Positions 1-8,388 of a stretch of DNA of 64,000 nucleotides are shown here, one piece after another. Origin of the DNA: an uncultured Verrucomicrobiota bacterium. GTDB taxonomy: Bacteria; Verrucomicrobiota; Verrucomicrobiia; Palsa-1439; CAZOTB01. Each line of letters starts with the position of its first letter. Position 1 is the first letter of the stretch. The stretch lies in the NCBI GenBank assembly GCA_964582645.1, contig CAZOTB010000007.1:7940-71939 (forward strand). Direction: 5' to 3'. The notes under the pieces were generated by a model. It made no database searches. It was not told the DNA's origin and saw only the letters and a list, made by a program, of their open reading frames with translations. The position numbers were made by a program, and so were the translations under genes.

Positions 1-1
1 C

Positions 2-65
2 AGAGCGCTTCAGCGCGCTCGTGAAGGGACTGTGGTTAATCTGCAAACCCGCGCTGAAGCGCTCT
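2..65. repeat. REPIN-like inverted repeat, family A (AGAGCGCTTCAGCGCG / CGCGCTGAAGCGCTCT)
   Basis: 16-bp perfect inverted arms at 2-17 and 50-65. The same arm sequence recurs between genes at 6101-6167. Confidence 0.75.
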
Positions 66-479
66 TCCACAACGAGCGGCCTCACACTGGTGGAAATGCT
101 CGTCGCCATCGCGGTGATGAGCGTGGTGATGAGCGCGGCTTATGTCACCATCCACCAAAGCATGAAGCTGCATCAAAGCGCGATGACCGACTCGAATCGC
201 GTGCTGGCACGGTGCAGTCTGGCGGAGGCGCTGGCCGCGGATTTCCGCCGGAGTCAGCAGGCGCAGATGATCGAGCCCGGCAAGTGCGCCGTGATTCGCG
301 CGGACGGCGCAGAAGTGGTGTACACGGTGCAAGCCAAGGCGGTGCTGCGGTCGGAGCACGCGTTGTCGCAGAGCGCCCGGACGTACGAGGTCGGCAGGGC
401 TCACCTGTGGCTTGGCGACGAACCGGGGGCGTCGCTGCGGATGAAGTTTTCCGACCAGGAGCTCGTGATCGCACGATGA
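21..479 (+). CDS. Prepilin-type N-terminal cleavage/methylation domain protein (GspJ/PilW-like pseudopilin); true start may lie upstream of the window
   Basis: G|LTLVEMLVAIAVMSVVM class III signal motif. Frame is open back to the window edge. Directly upstream of gspE/gspF homologues. Confidence 0.8.
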   Translation: MKGLWLICKPALKRSSTTSGLTLVEMLVAIAVMSVVMSAAYVTIHQSMKLHQSAMTDSNRVLARCSLAEALAADFRRSQQAQMIEPGKCAVIRADGAEVVYTVQAKAVLRSEHALSQSARTYEVGRAHLWLGDEPGASLRMKFSDQELVIAR

Positions 480-841
480 ACCGTCGCGGTGGCTATACCT
501 TGATCTTCACGCTCGGCGTGGTTGCGTTGCTCGCGGCCATGGGCGCGATGCTGGTGGGGCCGTCGCAGACGCAGCAGCGCACTCTGGAATTGCACTACCG
601 CAAGATGCAGGCCGATTACCTGAGCCTCGGCGGGCTCGAGCAGGCCAAAGAGTGGGCGGCGCAGGGCGTATTGACGAACGAGTTGTTCGTGTTGTCGAAC
701 GGCGTGGTGGACACCACGATGGAAGCGCTCGACGGCAAGCGGTGCCGCGTGGTCAGCATCGGACGGGTGCGCGTCGGATGGAAGAAGGACCAGATCACGG
801 CGCGGAACGAATTGATCGTGCCGCTGGGGCGGACGGATTAG
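476..841 (+). CDS. PilX/GspK-like minor pseudopilin
   Basis: ATGA overlap with the previous stop. MNRRGGYTLIFTLGVVALLAAMG is a PilX-type N-terminus. The 32..841 ORF call is an upstream read-through. Confidence 0.65.
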   Translation: MNRRGGYTLIFTLGVVALLAAMGAMLVGPSQTQQRTLELHYRKMQADYLSLGGLEQAKEWAAQGVLTNELFVLSNGVVDTTMEALDGKRCRVVSIGRVRVGWKKDQITARNELIVPLGRTD

Positions 842-862
842 GCATAGCAGAGGACGGATCGC

Positions 863-2602
863 ATGAAACCAGATGACAAAGGCGTGGTGGAAGTGCTCAG
901 GCACGCGCGATTGATCACCGAACAACAGCTTCAACGCGCCTACCAGGCGCAGGAGGAATCGGGGGAGTCGCTCAAGGACATTTTGTTCCGGGAGGTGTCA
1001 TGGGGCACGATCAAGAAATTCCTCAACTACGAGCTGCCGACGCCGTTCTCGGGCGAGAAGCGCGCGCTGGGCGCGGTGTTGCGCGAGGCCGAATGGATCA
1101 GCCAGGAGCAGTTTGACGAGGCGGAACGCGAGGCGCAACGCACGGGACTCGAGTTGGGTCAGCTCATGGTCGAACGAAAGCTGGTCACGAAGGAGCAACT
1201 TCAGGTTGCACTCAAGCAGCAAAAGGAAACCGGCCTGCCGCTGTGGCGGACCTTGATCAATCTTGGCTATGTGGACACGCACAAGGTCTCGCAGGTGCTC
1301 GGGTTGGCGACCGTCGCGCAGGAGAAGCCCGTCGCACCCGAGACAGTCGAGCCGCGCAAGGGCAAGAAGCCGACAGCCAAAGTCGAGGCGCAGACTCCCG
1401 CTTCCGCAGCGAAGTCGCTCCTCAACAAGCCCGATGCGTTCAAGAACATGTCGGGCGTGGACGTTGTCGCGGCCGTCATTGAGAGTGCGGTCAAGTCGCG
1501 GGCCACGGACATCCATCTCGATCCGCAGGAAGACCAGATGCGTGTGCGGTTCCGTATTGATGGCATGCTCTACGATGTCATTCAGTTGCCACTCAAGGTC
1601 GTGCCCGAGGTGATCTCCCGCTTCAAGGTGCTCGGCGGGATGGACATCACCCAGCACCGGCATTCGCAGGACGGACACTTCGTTCACGAGGTGGACGGCG
1701 CCGAGGTGGACCTGCGGTTGGCGACTGCGCCCACCGTGCTTGGCGAGAAGCTTGTGATCCGTATCCTGAGCGAGAAGAACGTGCTTACCGGCATCGCGCA
1801 GCTCGGTATGGAGCCGGCGCAGATTGACCTCATCGAACAACTCATCGCCAAGCCGTACGGGATGGTCTTGACGACCGGGCCGGTCGGTTCGGGCAAGACG
1901 ACGACGCTCTATGCGCTGCTCAACGAGGTCAACATCCTCACCAAGAACGTCATGACGATCGAGGACCCGGTCGAGTACCAATCCCGCGGCGTCAACCAGA
2001 TGCAGGTGGACGGCGCCTCGGGATTCGGGTTCGTGCAGGGTCTGCGCGCAATGTTGCGTCAGGACCCGAACATCATCATGGTCGGTGAAATCCGCGACGA
2101 AGAAACCGCGATGACTGCCGTGAAAGCCGCGATGACGGGTGTGCTGGTGTTGAGCACGCTGCACACGAACGACGCCCCGAGCGCCATCGGCTCGTTGATC
2201 GGATTGAACGTTCCGCGCTTTCTGATCTCGAGCGCCTTGATCGGCGTGGTGGCACAACGGCTCGTCCGCAAGATCTGTCCGCACTGCAGGCAGGAGTACG
2301 TCCCCCCGCCGAGTTTGCTCGAACAGCTCAGCGTGCCCGAGGAGCATCGGGGAAAAAAGTTCTATCGAGGTACGGGCTGCGACGCGTGTTTCAACACCGG
2401 TTATCTCGGACGGACCGGCGTCTATGAACTCATGAACGTGGACGAGGAACTCAAGGAAGCCATCCTGCACGGCGAAAGCCAGTCCGAGTTGCGTCGGCTT
2501 GCACTGAAGGGCGGCATGCAGTCGCTGGCCACGAGCACGCTGCACAAGGTCCTCGATGGAACTACCACGGCGGAGGAATATCTACGGGTGATTTTCACGT
2601 GA
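863..2602 (+). CDS. gspE: GspE/PilB family secretion/pilus assembly ATPase with N-terminal MshEN-like repeats
   Basis: ATDIHLDP, Walker A GPVGSGKTTTLY, TIEDPVEY, LRQDPNIIMVGEIRD, STLHTND, and tetra-Cys motif CPHC..GCDAC. Confidence 0.95.
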   Translation: MKPDDKGVVEVLRHARLITEQQLQRAYQAQEESGESLKDILFREVSWGTIKKFLNYELPTPFSGEKRALGAVLREAEWISQEQFDEAEREAQRTGLELGQLMVERKLVTKEQLQVALKQQKETGLPLWRTLINLGYVDTHKVSQVLGLATVAQEKPVAPETVEPRKGKKPTAKVEAQTPASAAKSLLNKPDAFKNMSGVDVVAAVIESAVKSRATDIHLDPQEDQMRVRFRIDGMLYDVIQLPLKVVPEVISRFKVLGGMDITQHRHSQDGHFVHEVDGAEVDLRLATAPTVLGEKLVIRILSEKNVLTGIAQLGMEPAQIDLIEQLIAKPYGMVLTTGPVGSGKTTTLYALLNEVNILTKNVMTIEDPVEYQSRGVNQMQVDGASGFGFVQGLRAMLRQDPNIIMVGEIRDEETAMTAVKAAMTGVLVLSTLHTNDAPSAIGSLIGLNVPRFLISSALIGVVAQRLVRKICPHCRQEYVPPPSLLEQLSVPEEHRGKKFYRGTGCDACFNTGYLGRTGVYELMNVDEELKEAILHGESQSELRRLALKGGMQSLATSTLHKVLDGTTTAEEYLRVIFT

Positions 2603-2605
2603 AGG

Positions 2606-2694
2606 GTTATCCGCTGTTCGGTATTGGTTCTTTGTGATGGGACGGATATTTCTCACGACCGGCCACTGAGAACCAATGACCGCTAACCGATGAC
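2606..2694. repeat. Heptamer-based palindromic repeat (TTGGTTC.. / ..GAACCAATGACC)
   Basis: Left TCGGTATTGGTTCTTTG and right GAGAACCAATGACCGCTAACCGATGAC are imperfectly complementary 7-bp-period tracts. Similar tracts at 20391-20468 and 63512-63585. Confidence 0.55.
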
Positions 2695-2706
2695 GAACCC
2701 CCGCCC

Positions 2707-3762
2707 ATGAAGAAGAAAAAAATCGCGACATCGTTCTACCGCCAACTCGCCATCTTGCTCGAAGCGGGCTTCCCGTTGATCCGCGCTCTCAACACTCTCG
2801 CGCAACGAAGCAGCAACCGCCGATTCCAGGGCATCCTCCGCAATTTTGTGGCTCAGGTCGAGCGCGGCACCACGTTCTCGGAAGCGCTCAGCCAGGCGTC
2901 CGACTATTTTCCGCCGTTGCAGGTTCAACTCGTCCGCGCGGGCGAAGGCAGCGGCAACCTGACGACCGTGCTCGATCGCCTCGCGGAGGGCGGCATGAAG
3001 GAGATCGCCATCCGCAACCGGCTGCGGACAAGTTTGGTGTACCCCTGCATGATTCTGGTGCTGGCGGTGGTGCTGATTGCGGTTCTCGTGGTGAAGATCG
3101 TTCCCACCTTCGCGCACCTCTTCGAGGAAGTCGGCGCTGCGGTGCCGCCACAGACGCAGTTCCTGATTGAGGTCAGCGATTTTGTTCGCTCGCGCGGATG
3201 GTACATGATTCCGATGGTCGTTGTGGGGCTTGTGCTGGCGTTGCGAGGACTGCTGGCCCTTCGGATCGTGCGGTTGTATCGCGATCACTTGAAACTCCGG
3301 TTCCGCGTTCTCGGTCCGCTCACCCGCGAATACGTCGTTGTTCACACCTGTCGCACGCTCGGGATGCTCTTGCACTCGGGGATTAATCTACTGCGCGCGC
3401 TCGATTTGACCAGCGACGCCTCCTCGAACCTGGTTGTGCAGGAGGGGCTGCGGCAGGCCCGGGAGGAAGTCGAACGGGGTCGTGGCCTCGAAGGGCCGTT
3501 GCGTCGCACCCGCATCCTGCCGCCCGACGTGGTGGACATGGTGGTGACGGCACAGGAAACGGGCGCATTGGCGGAGAACCTGATCTACGCCGCCGACATT
3601 TACGAAGAAGAACTCAACAACCGGATGAGCGTGGTTTCGAGTCTGACCGAACCTGCGCTCGTTCTGGTGGTGGGCTCGGTCGTCTTCTTCGTTGCGATCT
3701 CGTTGTTTCTTCCCTACATCAAGCTCCTCAGCGTGATGGGTGGGTCGCAGCTGGCGGAGTAG
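2707..3762 (+). CDS. gspF: Type II secretion system F family / PilC inner membrane platform protein
   Basis: FYRQLAILLEAGFPL, VRAGEGSGNL, two T2SSF repeats each followed by a TM helix, QETGAL, EPALVLVVG. Confidence 0.93.
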   Translation: MKKKKIATSFYRQLAILLEAGFPLIRALNTLAQRSSNRRFQGILRNFVAQVERGTTFSEALSQASDYFPPLQVQLVRAGEGSGNLTTVLDRLAEGGMKEIAIRNRLRTSLVYPCMILVLAVVLIAVLVVKIVPTFAHLFEEVGAAVPPQTQFLIEVSDFVRSRGWYMIPMVVVGLVLALRGLLALRIVRLYRDHLKLRFRVLGPLTREYVVVHTCRTLGMLLHSGINLLRALDLTSDASSNLVVQEGLRQAREEVERGRGLEGPLRRTRILPPDVVDMVVTAQETGALAENLIYAADIYEEELNNRMSVVSSLTEPALVLVVGSVVFFVAISLFLPYIKLLSVMGGSQLAE

Positions 3763-3804
3763 TACGGATCTCCCGACTGCCTGCGGAGATTCGCACGGGA
3801 CTAC
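3759..3804. repeat. Degenerate GTAG-type REP-like hairpin overlapping the gspF stop codon
   Basis: GTAGT...ATCTCC...GGAGAT...ACTAC pairing. The TAG of the GTAG tetranucleotide is the gspF stop. Confidence 0.35.
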
Positions 3805-3841
3805 GAGTCGTTCTCCGTTTCGAACGGAGGTTCGTCCGAAT

Positions 3842-3990
3842 CTGCTGGATGTTGATCGCATCGTCGAAATCGAGGGATGCCTGCCGCTCGGCCAGTTGCG
3901 TGCAGCTGACTCTGTCCGCTTCCCGCAGCAGCGTGTCTTAATCGCGCAGGAAGAACACTCGGCGCAGTTGGGGAAACGAAGCGTCCGAGG
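3842..3990 (-). pseudogene. Fragment of an AMP-binding acyl-CoA synthetase
   Basis: Minus strand reads LRFP / LRRVFFLRD* / ..TQLAERQASLDFDDAINIQ across frameshifts. This resembles the segment just before the YTSGTTG motif, but the motif itself is absent. Confidence 0.4.
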
Positions 3991-4041
3991 CGGAGGCCAC
4001 TCCGTCCATTCGCGCTTGTAGCGCACGGGGAATGTCATACC

Positions 4042-6093
4042 ATGTCGCGCGCAGCCATGAACGACCCCGTCACCTACACCGTTGATTCCGAGGGCATCGG
4101 CTGGATCACGTTTGACGATCCGAACGCCAAGGCGAACGTCTTCAACCCGCACACCGTCGCCGGATTCCAGAAGGTTTTCAATGCTCTCGGAGGAGAGACC
4201 ACACTCAAGGCCGTTGTCATTCAGAGCGGCAAGGAGAATGTATTCATCGCCGGCGCCGACATCCGGCTCATCGAGACGATTGATTCAGCGGAAAAAGCGC
4301 TCGAACTGGTGCGCGAAGGACACAAGTTTATGGCGATGATCGCCAGCTTCAAAGTGCCCGTCATCGCCGCGATCCACGGCGCGTGCGCCGGGGGCGGTTG
4401 CGAGATGGCGCTCGCGTGCCACTACCGGATCGCCAGCGACAGTCCGAAGACGCAGATCGGCTTGCCCGAGGTTCAACTCGGCATCATCCCCGGATGGGGC
4501 GGTTGCGTGCGACTGCCCCGGCTCGTCGGTCTGCGAATCGCACTCGATTACATTCTCAAGGGCGACCTCAAACCCGCCGGGCTCGCGAGGAAGCATGGTT
4601 TGATGGACGAGGTCGTGCCGGAGGCGATTCTCAAAGAGTGCGCCCGGAAGTGGGCATGGAAGCTGGCGAAAGACGGTAAGCCGCAGCCGCCGTCTCATCT
4701 CGAAAACACCTGGCCGATGCGCGCCATCATTTGCTCCCAGGCGCGAAAGATGACGCTGGCCCGGACGCGCGGCAACTATCCTTCGCCGCTGAAGGCGATT
4801 GACGCCGTCGAGCAGGGGCTTGGACTTTCGATCGAGCAAGCCTGCGAGAACGAAGCGAAACGATTCTGCGAGGTGGCGCTCACTCCCGAGAGCAAGAACC
4901 TGATTCGCGTCTTCTTCCTGCGCGAGGAGAACCGGAAACTCACCGTGGATGGCTGGTTTCCCGGCGTAGCCGCAAGCGTGAGCGAGCGGCCACTCGCTGA
5001 CGCTCGCGGCTACATCCGTCGCGTCGGCGTCATCGGTGCCGGCGTGATGGGTTCCGGCATTGCGCATTGGTGCAGCACGCGGGGGTTCGACGTCCGCATC
5101 CGCGACGTGAAACCGGAGTTTGTCGCAAAGGGAATGCAAAGCATCAACAAGCTGTATCAGGAGAGCGTCCAGCGGCGAAAGCTCACCGCGCGCGAAGCCC
5201 AGCAAGGCATGGCGCGTGTGACGGCGACGACTGATTGGAGTGGATTCGCGAACTGCGATTTGATCATCGAGGCCGTGATCGAAGACATGAAGATCAAGAA
5301 ACCTGTCTTCGAGGAACTCTCACGGCTGGTGCGTCCCGACGCGATTCTCGCCACCAACACCTCCGCCATCCCGATCAACGAGATTGCATCGTGCGCCACG
5401 CATCCCGAGCGCGTCATCGGCATTCACTTCTTTAATCCCGTCAGCCGCATGCCGCTGGTGGAACTGATCCTCGGGCCGCAGACCGGTCGCGCTGCGGCGG
5501 AAATCTCGCTCTCGTTCGTGAAGACGCTCGGTAAACAAATTGTCATCTGCAAGGACTCCCCCGGCTTTCTCGTCAACCGCATCCTGCTGCCGTATCTGAA
5601 CACTGCCGGCCATTTGTTGATGGAAGGCAGCGACGTGCGGACGATTGACGACGCGCTGCTCGATTTCGGCATGCCGATGGGGCCGCTGCGGTTGATTGAC
5701 GAGGTGGGCGTGGATGTGAGCGATCACGTCGCGACCGAGCTGGCGCATTACTTCGGCGAGCGGATGAAGGTGGCCGACGTGCTCGTGAAGATGAACGAAG
5801 CGGGCTTGAAAGGTCGCAAGGGCGGCGCGGGATTCTACGTGTACGAAGGGAAGAAGGAGCGGGTGAACCCCGACCTCGGCAAGTACCTACCCGGCGGCGC
5901 GTCGCGTTCGCTCCCGAAGCAGGCCATCACCGACCGGCTGCTGGGCGTGATGATTGAGGAAGCGAAGCTGTGTCTCAAAGAAGGCGTTGTCCGCAGTGCC
6001 GACGAGGTGGACCTCGGCATGATCATGGGCACCGGTTTCCCGCCGTTTCGCGGTGGGCTGATGCGGTACGCACAGAGCATCGGCAAGGCGTGA
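4042..6093 (+). CDS. fadJ: Fatty acid oxidation complex alpha subunit (enoyl-CoA hydratase / 3-hydroxyacyl-CoA dehydrogenase)
   Basis: AIHGACAGGGCEMALAC, GLPEVQLGIIPGWGG, Rossmann GVIGAGVMGSGIA, HFFNP, PGFLVNRIL. Confidence 0.92.
   Translation: MSRAAMNDPVTYTVDSEGIGWITFDDPNAKANVFNPHTVAGFQKVFNALGGETTLKAVVIQSGKENVFIAGADIRLIETIDSAEKALELVREGHKFMAMIASFKVPVIAAIHGACAGGGCEMALACHYRIASDSPKTQIGLPEVQLGIIPGWGGCVRLPRLVGLRIALDYILKGDLKPAGLARKHGLMDEVVPEAILKECARKWAWKLAKDGKPQPPSHLENTWPMRAIICSQARKMTLARTRGNYPSPLKAIDAVEQGLGLSIEQACENEAKRFCEVALTPESKNLIRVFFLREENRKLTVDGWFPGVAASVSERPLADARGYIRRVGVIGAGVMGSGIAHWCSTRGFDVRIRDVKPEFVAKGMQSINKLYQESVQRRKLTAREAQQGMARVTATTDWSGFANCDLIIEAVIEDMKIKKPVFEELSRLVRPDAILATNTSAIPINEIASCATHPERVIGIHFFNPVSRMPLVELILGPQTGRAAAEISLSFVKTLGKQIVICKDSPGFLVNRILLPYLNTAGHLLMEGSDVRTIDDALLDFGMPMGPLRLIDEVGVDVSDHVATELAHYFGERMKVADVLVKMNEAGLKGRKGGAGFYVYEGKKERVNPDLGKYLPGGASRSLPKQAITDRLLGVMIEEAKLCLKEGVVRSADEVDLGMIMGTGFPPFRGGLMRYAQSIGKA
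4966..5013. repeat. In-frame REPIN-like palindrome, family B (GTAGCCGC..AGCGAG / CTCGCT..GCGGCTAC), inside fadJ
   Basis: 48 bp = 16 codons (VAASVSERPLADARGY). 21-bp arms with 2 mismatches. Arms are near-identical to the element at 19264-19333. Confidence 0.85.
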
Positions 6094-6100
6094 GTTCGTC

Positions 6101-6167
6101 GTAGAGCGCTTCAGCGCGGGCTTGGATGTTGCCCCGGCTGACTTTACGACCCGCTGAAGCGCTCTAC
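6101..6167. repeat. REPIN-like inverted repeat, family A, between convergent fadJ and metallothionein genes
   Basis: GTAGAGCGCTTCAGCGCGGG (6101-6120) and CCCGCTGAAGCGCTCTAC (6150-6167). GTAG ends; same family as 2-65. Confidence 0.8.
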
Positions 6168-6177
6168 TCCGAACACC

Positions 6178-6381
6178 TCACGGCTTGCAGCAGTCGTGAT
6201 CGCAGGCGCAGTCCTCGAACGTGCATTCGGTCAAACACGCCCGGCTGCAATAGAGCACGTTGCCTTTCCGCAATCCCTTGTCCAGGTCCACCATGCAGTT
6301 GCAGCTCGCGCAGGCGCATTTGATTCGATTGGAAGTCCGAGCGCGCGCGGCGGGGTTGGAAGACGACTTCTTCGCTTTCAT
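6178..6381 (-). CDS. smtA: Prokaryotic metallothionein (SmtA/BmtA family), 67 aa, 11 Cys
   Basis: KCACASCNCMVD..K....G..YCSRAC matches the SmtA pattern KCACxxCxCxVD...YCSxAC. RBS AAGGAG precedes the ATG at 6381. Confidence 0.85.
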   Translation of the reverse strand: MKAKKSSSNPAARARTSNRIKCACASCNCMVDLDKGLRKGNVLYCSRACLTECTFEDCACDHDCCKP

Positions 6382-6448
6382 GAGTCTCTCCTTTTTTCGT
6401 GATGCAAGAGAACATAGTCCACCCGACCGCGAAGGCAAATTCGGAGAG

Positions 6449-7360
6449 CTACAATTCGTGCGTGCTCCGATAGCGGCCCGGGGAGATGCCGATCAACTTC
6501 TTGAAGCTGTGGGCGAAGAAAGCTGGTTCGGCGTAGCCCACTTCGCCCGCGATGCGATCGACGGTCTGGTCGGTCTGCCGGAGCAACTGGCACGCGCGCT
6601 CCATGCGGACGCGGCGCAGGTATTGCACAGGAGTCGCCCCGGTGCTGCGCAGGAACACGCGCCGAAACTGCGCTTCGGAGAAGCCGGTCGCGCGTGCGAG
6701 TTCGGCGATGAAGATCGGCTGGTTGAGATTCTTGCGGATTGTTTCGAGCGCAGGCAGCAACCGGAGTAGATCGGCGACCTTCGATTCATGGGCGTCGAGC
6801 GTCATCCCGGTGCTGTACTCACGGATGAGGCGCAGCAGGATGCGAAGAATCAACGCTTCCAGTCCTCGCTCGTATCCTGCCGGACGCAGCGCGTACTCGC
6901 GGCAGGCCGCCTGAAACATCATGTCCATCCGTTTGTCGCCGCGCAGATCAAAGAAGTCCGGGAACTGGAGCAACTCCGGCAACGTGAGCGACTCAAACAC
7001 CGTCGCCGTGTAATGCACCGAGATGACGTGGATCGGGTTCTTCGGATCGTGGGTGGCGGCGTGGCGTTTCCCGCGAGGGAAGTGAGCGCAGATGCCGGGC
7101 TTAAGTTCGAACTTCCTCCCCTCGACCCAGGCGGTACCGTGTCCGCGCGTGATGTAAAAAAGCATATCGTCGCCGACGCGTCGCTCCTTCATCGCCCATC
7201 GCGGCACGCACTGATGCCAGATGGCGGTGACGCCGCCCACGGTGATGTGGTGGAGGAGACGACCCAGCCAGTCCTCGTTGGAAATCGCGGGAAATGGCTC
7301 GAAATCCGTGACTGCCACGCTCAACGGCCCCGTGTGTTTCAAGTGCGACAGATCGTTCAT
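6449..7360 (-). CDS. AraC family transcriptional regulator (cupin sensor + HTH)
   Basis: N-terminal cupin (MLFYITRGHG...HAATHDP). C-terminal LARATGFSEAQFRRVF..IAGEVGYAEPAFFAHSFKKLIGISPGRYR. Confidence 0.93.
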   Translation of the reverse strand: MNDLSHLKHTGPLSVAVTDFEPFPAISNEDWLGRLLHHITVGGVTAIWHQCVPRWAMKERRVGDDMLFYITRGHGTAWVEGRKFELKPGICAHFPRGKRHAATHDPKNPIHVISVHYTATVFESLTLPELLQFPDFFDLRGDKRMDMMFQAACREYALRPAGYERGLEALILRILLRLIREYSTGMTLDAHESKVADLLRLLPALETIRKNLNQPIFIAELARATGFSEAQFRRVFLRSTGATPVQYLRRVRMERACQLLRQTDQTVDRIAGEVGYAEPAFFAHSFKKLIGISPGRYRSTHEL

Positions 7361-7460
7361 AGCGCCATCGGCATCGTACGGGGAGGTGATTGGAAAAGAC
7401 AGAAAAATGATTACGCGCGATATGGCGCATCGGCGGCGTTTGCGCTAGCATGCTCGCACC

Positions 7461-8276
7461 ATGAAATATCTCAGTCAGCAACAGCTCGAGCAGTTTCAAC
7501 GCGACGGCTACCTGGTCATTCCCAATTTCCTCACGAACCAGGAACTGGCCGACGTGAAAGCGGACATCGGGCGCGTCTGCCAGGAGAAAGCGCACCTGAC
7601 CAAAGACGAGGGCGGCTTCAACGTCGAGAAGGTCGGCGGCGACGCGTTCGACCACACCAAACCGGCATTGCGTGCCGGGATGCTGCGCAAAATCCAGGGC
7701 GCGGTGTTCTACGTCCCCGCGGTGCGACGGGTGTTCACCTCGAAGAAGATGGTGGACTGCATGGAAGACATCATGGGACCGAACATCTACTACCATTCCT
7801 CGAAGGTGATGTTCAAACCTGCCAACGGCGGCTCGCCCAAGCCGTGGCATCAGGACGCGGCCTACTGGAAGAACTACGAGCCAAACCAGATCACGGTCTG
7901 GATTGCGATTGACGACGCCACGGAAGAGAACGGCTGCGTGTGGGCCATCCCCGGCTCGCACAAACTCGGCCTCGTGCCACACGTGAGCCGGGAACTCCAG
8001 GTGCCGGAGTCGCAACTCGATCTGAAGAAGGCAGTACCGGTTCCCGTACAATCGGGAGGCTTGCTGATCTTCCATTCGCTGGTGTTGCACATGTCGAAGG
8101 CGAACACGTCCGACAAGCCCCGCTGCGCGATCATTTGCGATTACGATCCGGCGCCGAACCCCACCATTGACGCGTACCCACGGGAAGGGTTCGACCCAAC
8201 GAAGTACCCCGGCATGAGCGATAACAAAGTGTGGACGCTTCGCGCCGGGAAAGCTGCCGAGTTGGCGGTGGCGTGA
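7461..8276 (+). CDS. Phytanoyl-CoA dioxygenase (PhyH) family Fe(II)/2OG oxygenase
   Basis: FQRDGYLVIPNFL, KP..GGSPKPWHQD (HxD), WIAIDDATEENGC..IPGSHK, FHSLVLH, distal Arg (PRCAII). Confidence 0.92.
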   Translation: MKYLSQQQLEQFQRDGYLVIPNFLTNQELADVKADIGRVCQEKAHLTKDEGGFNVEKVGGDAFDHTKPALRAGMLRKIQGAVFYVPAVRRVFTSKKMVDCMEDIMGPNIYYHSSKVMFKPANGGSPKPWHQDAAYWKNYEPNQITVWIAIDDATEENGCVWAIPGSHKLGLVPHVSRELQVPESQLDLKKAVPVPVQSGGLLIFHSLVLHMSKANTSDKPRCAIICDYDPAPNPTIDAYPREGFDPTKYPGMSDNKVWTLRAGKAAELAVA

Positions 8277-8297
8277 GGTTCACCAAAGTCAACGCAA

Positions 8298-8330
8298 GGG
8301 GCAGGCGCGTTTGCCTGCCCTTTTTCTTTT
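8298..8330 (+). terminator. Rho-independent terminator after the PhyH gene
   Basis: GGGCAGGC-GCGTTT-GCCTGCCC stem followed by TTTTTCTTTT. Confidence 0.8.
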
Positions 8331-8388
8331 TCTCCTGCGTCAGTTTCGAGTTGCGGTCTGTTCGTCCGACGACTATTCTTTGGTGGTC

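Noticed and set aside
1-3762. T2SS/T4P cluster as the exporter of the LEPR-XLL giant proteins
   Set aside because: About 38 kb of unrelated genes separate them, and T2SS substrates normally need a Sec/Tat signal. Proximity alone is no evidence.
3388-4152. Minus-strand ORF containing CAECSSCAIKTRCC, resembling a transposase Zn motif
   Set aside because: No DDE residues or transposase context. It overlaps gspF and fadJ antisense, and the region is better explained as an acyl-CoA synthetase relic.
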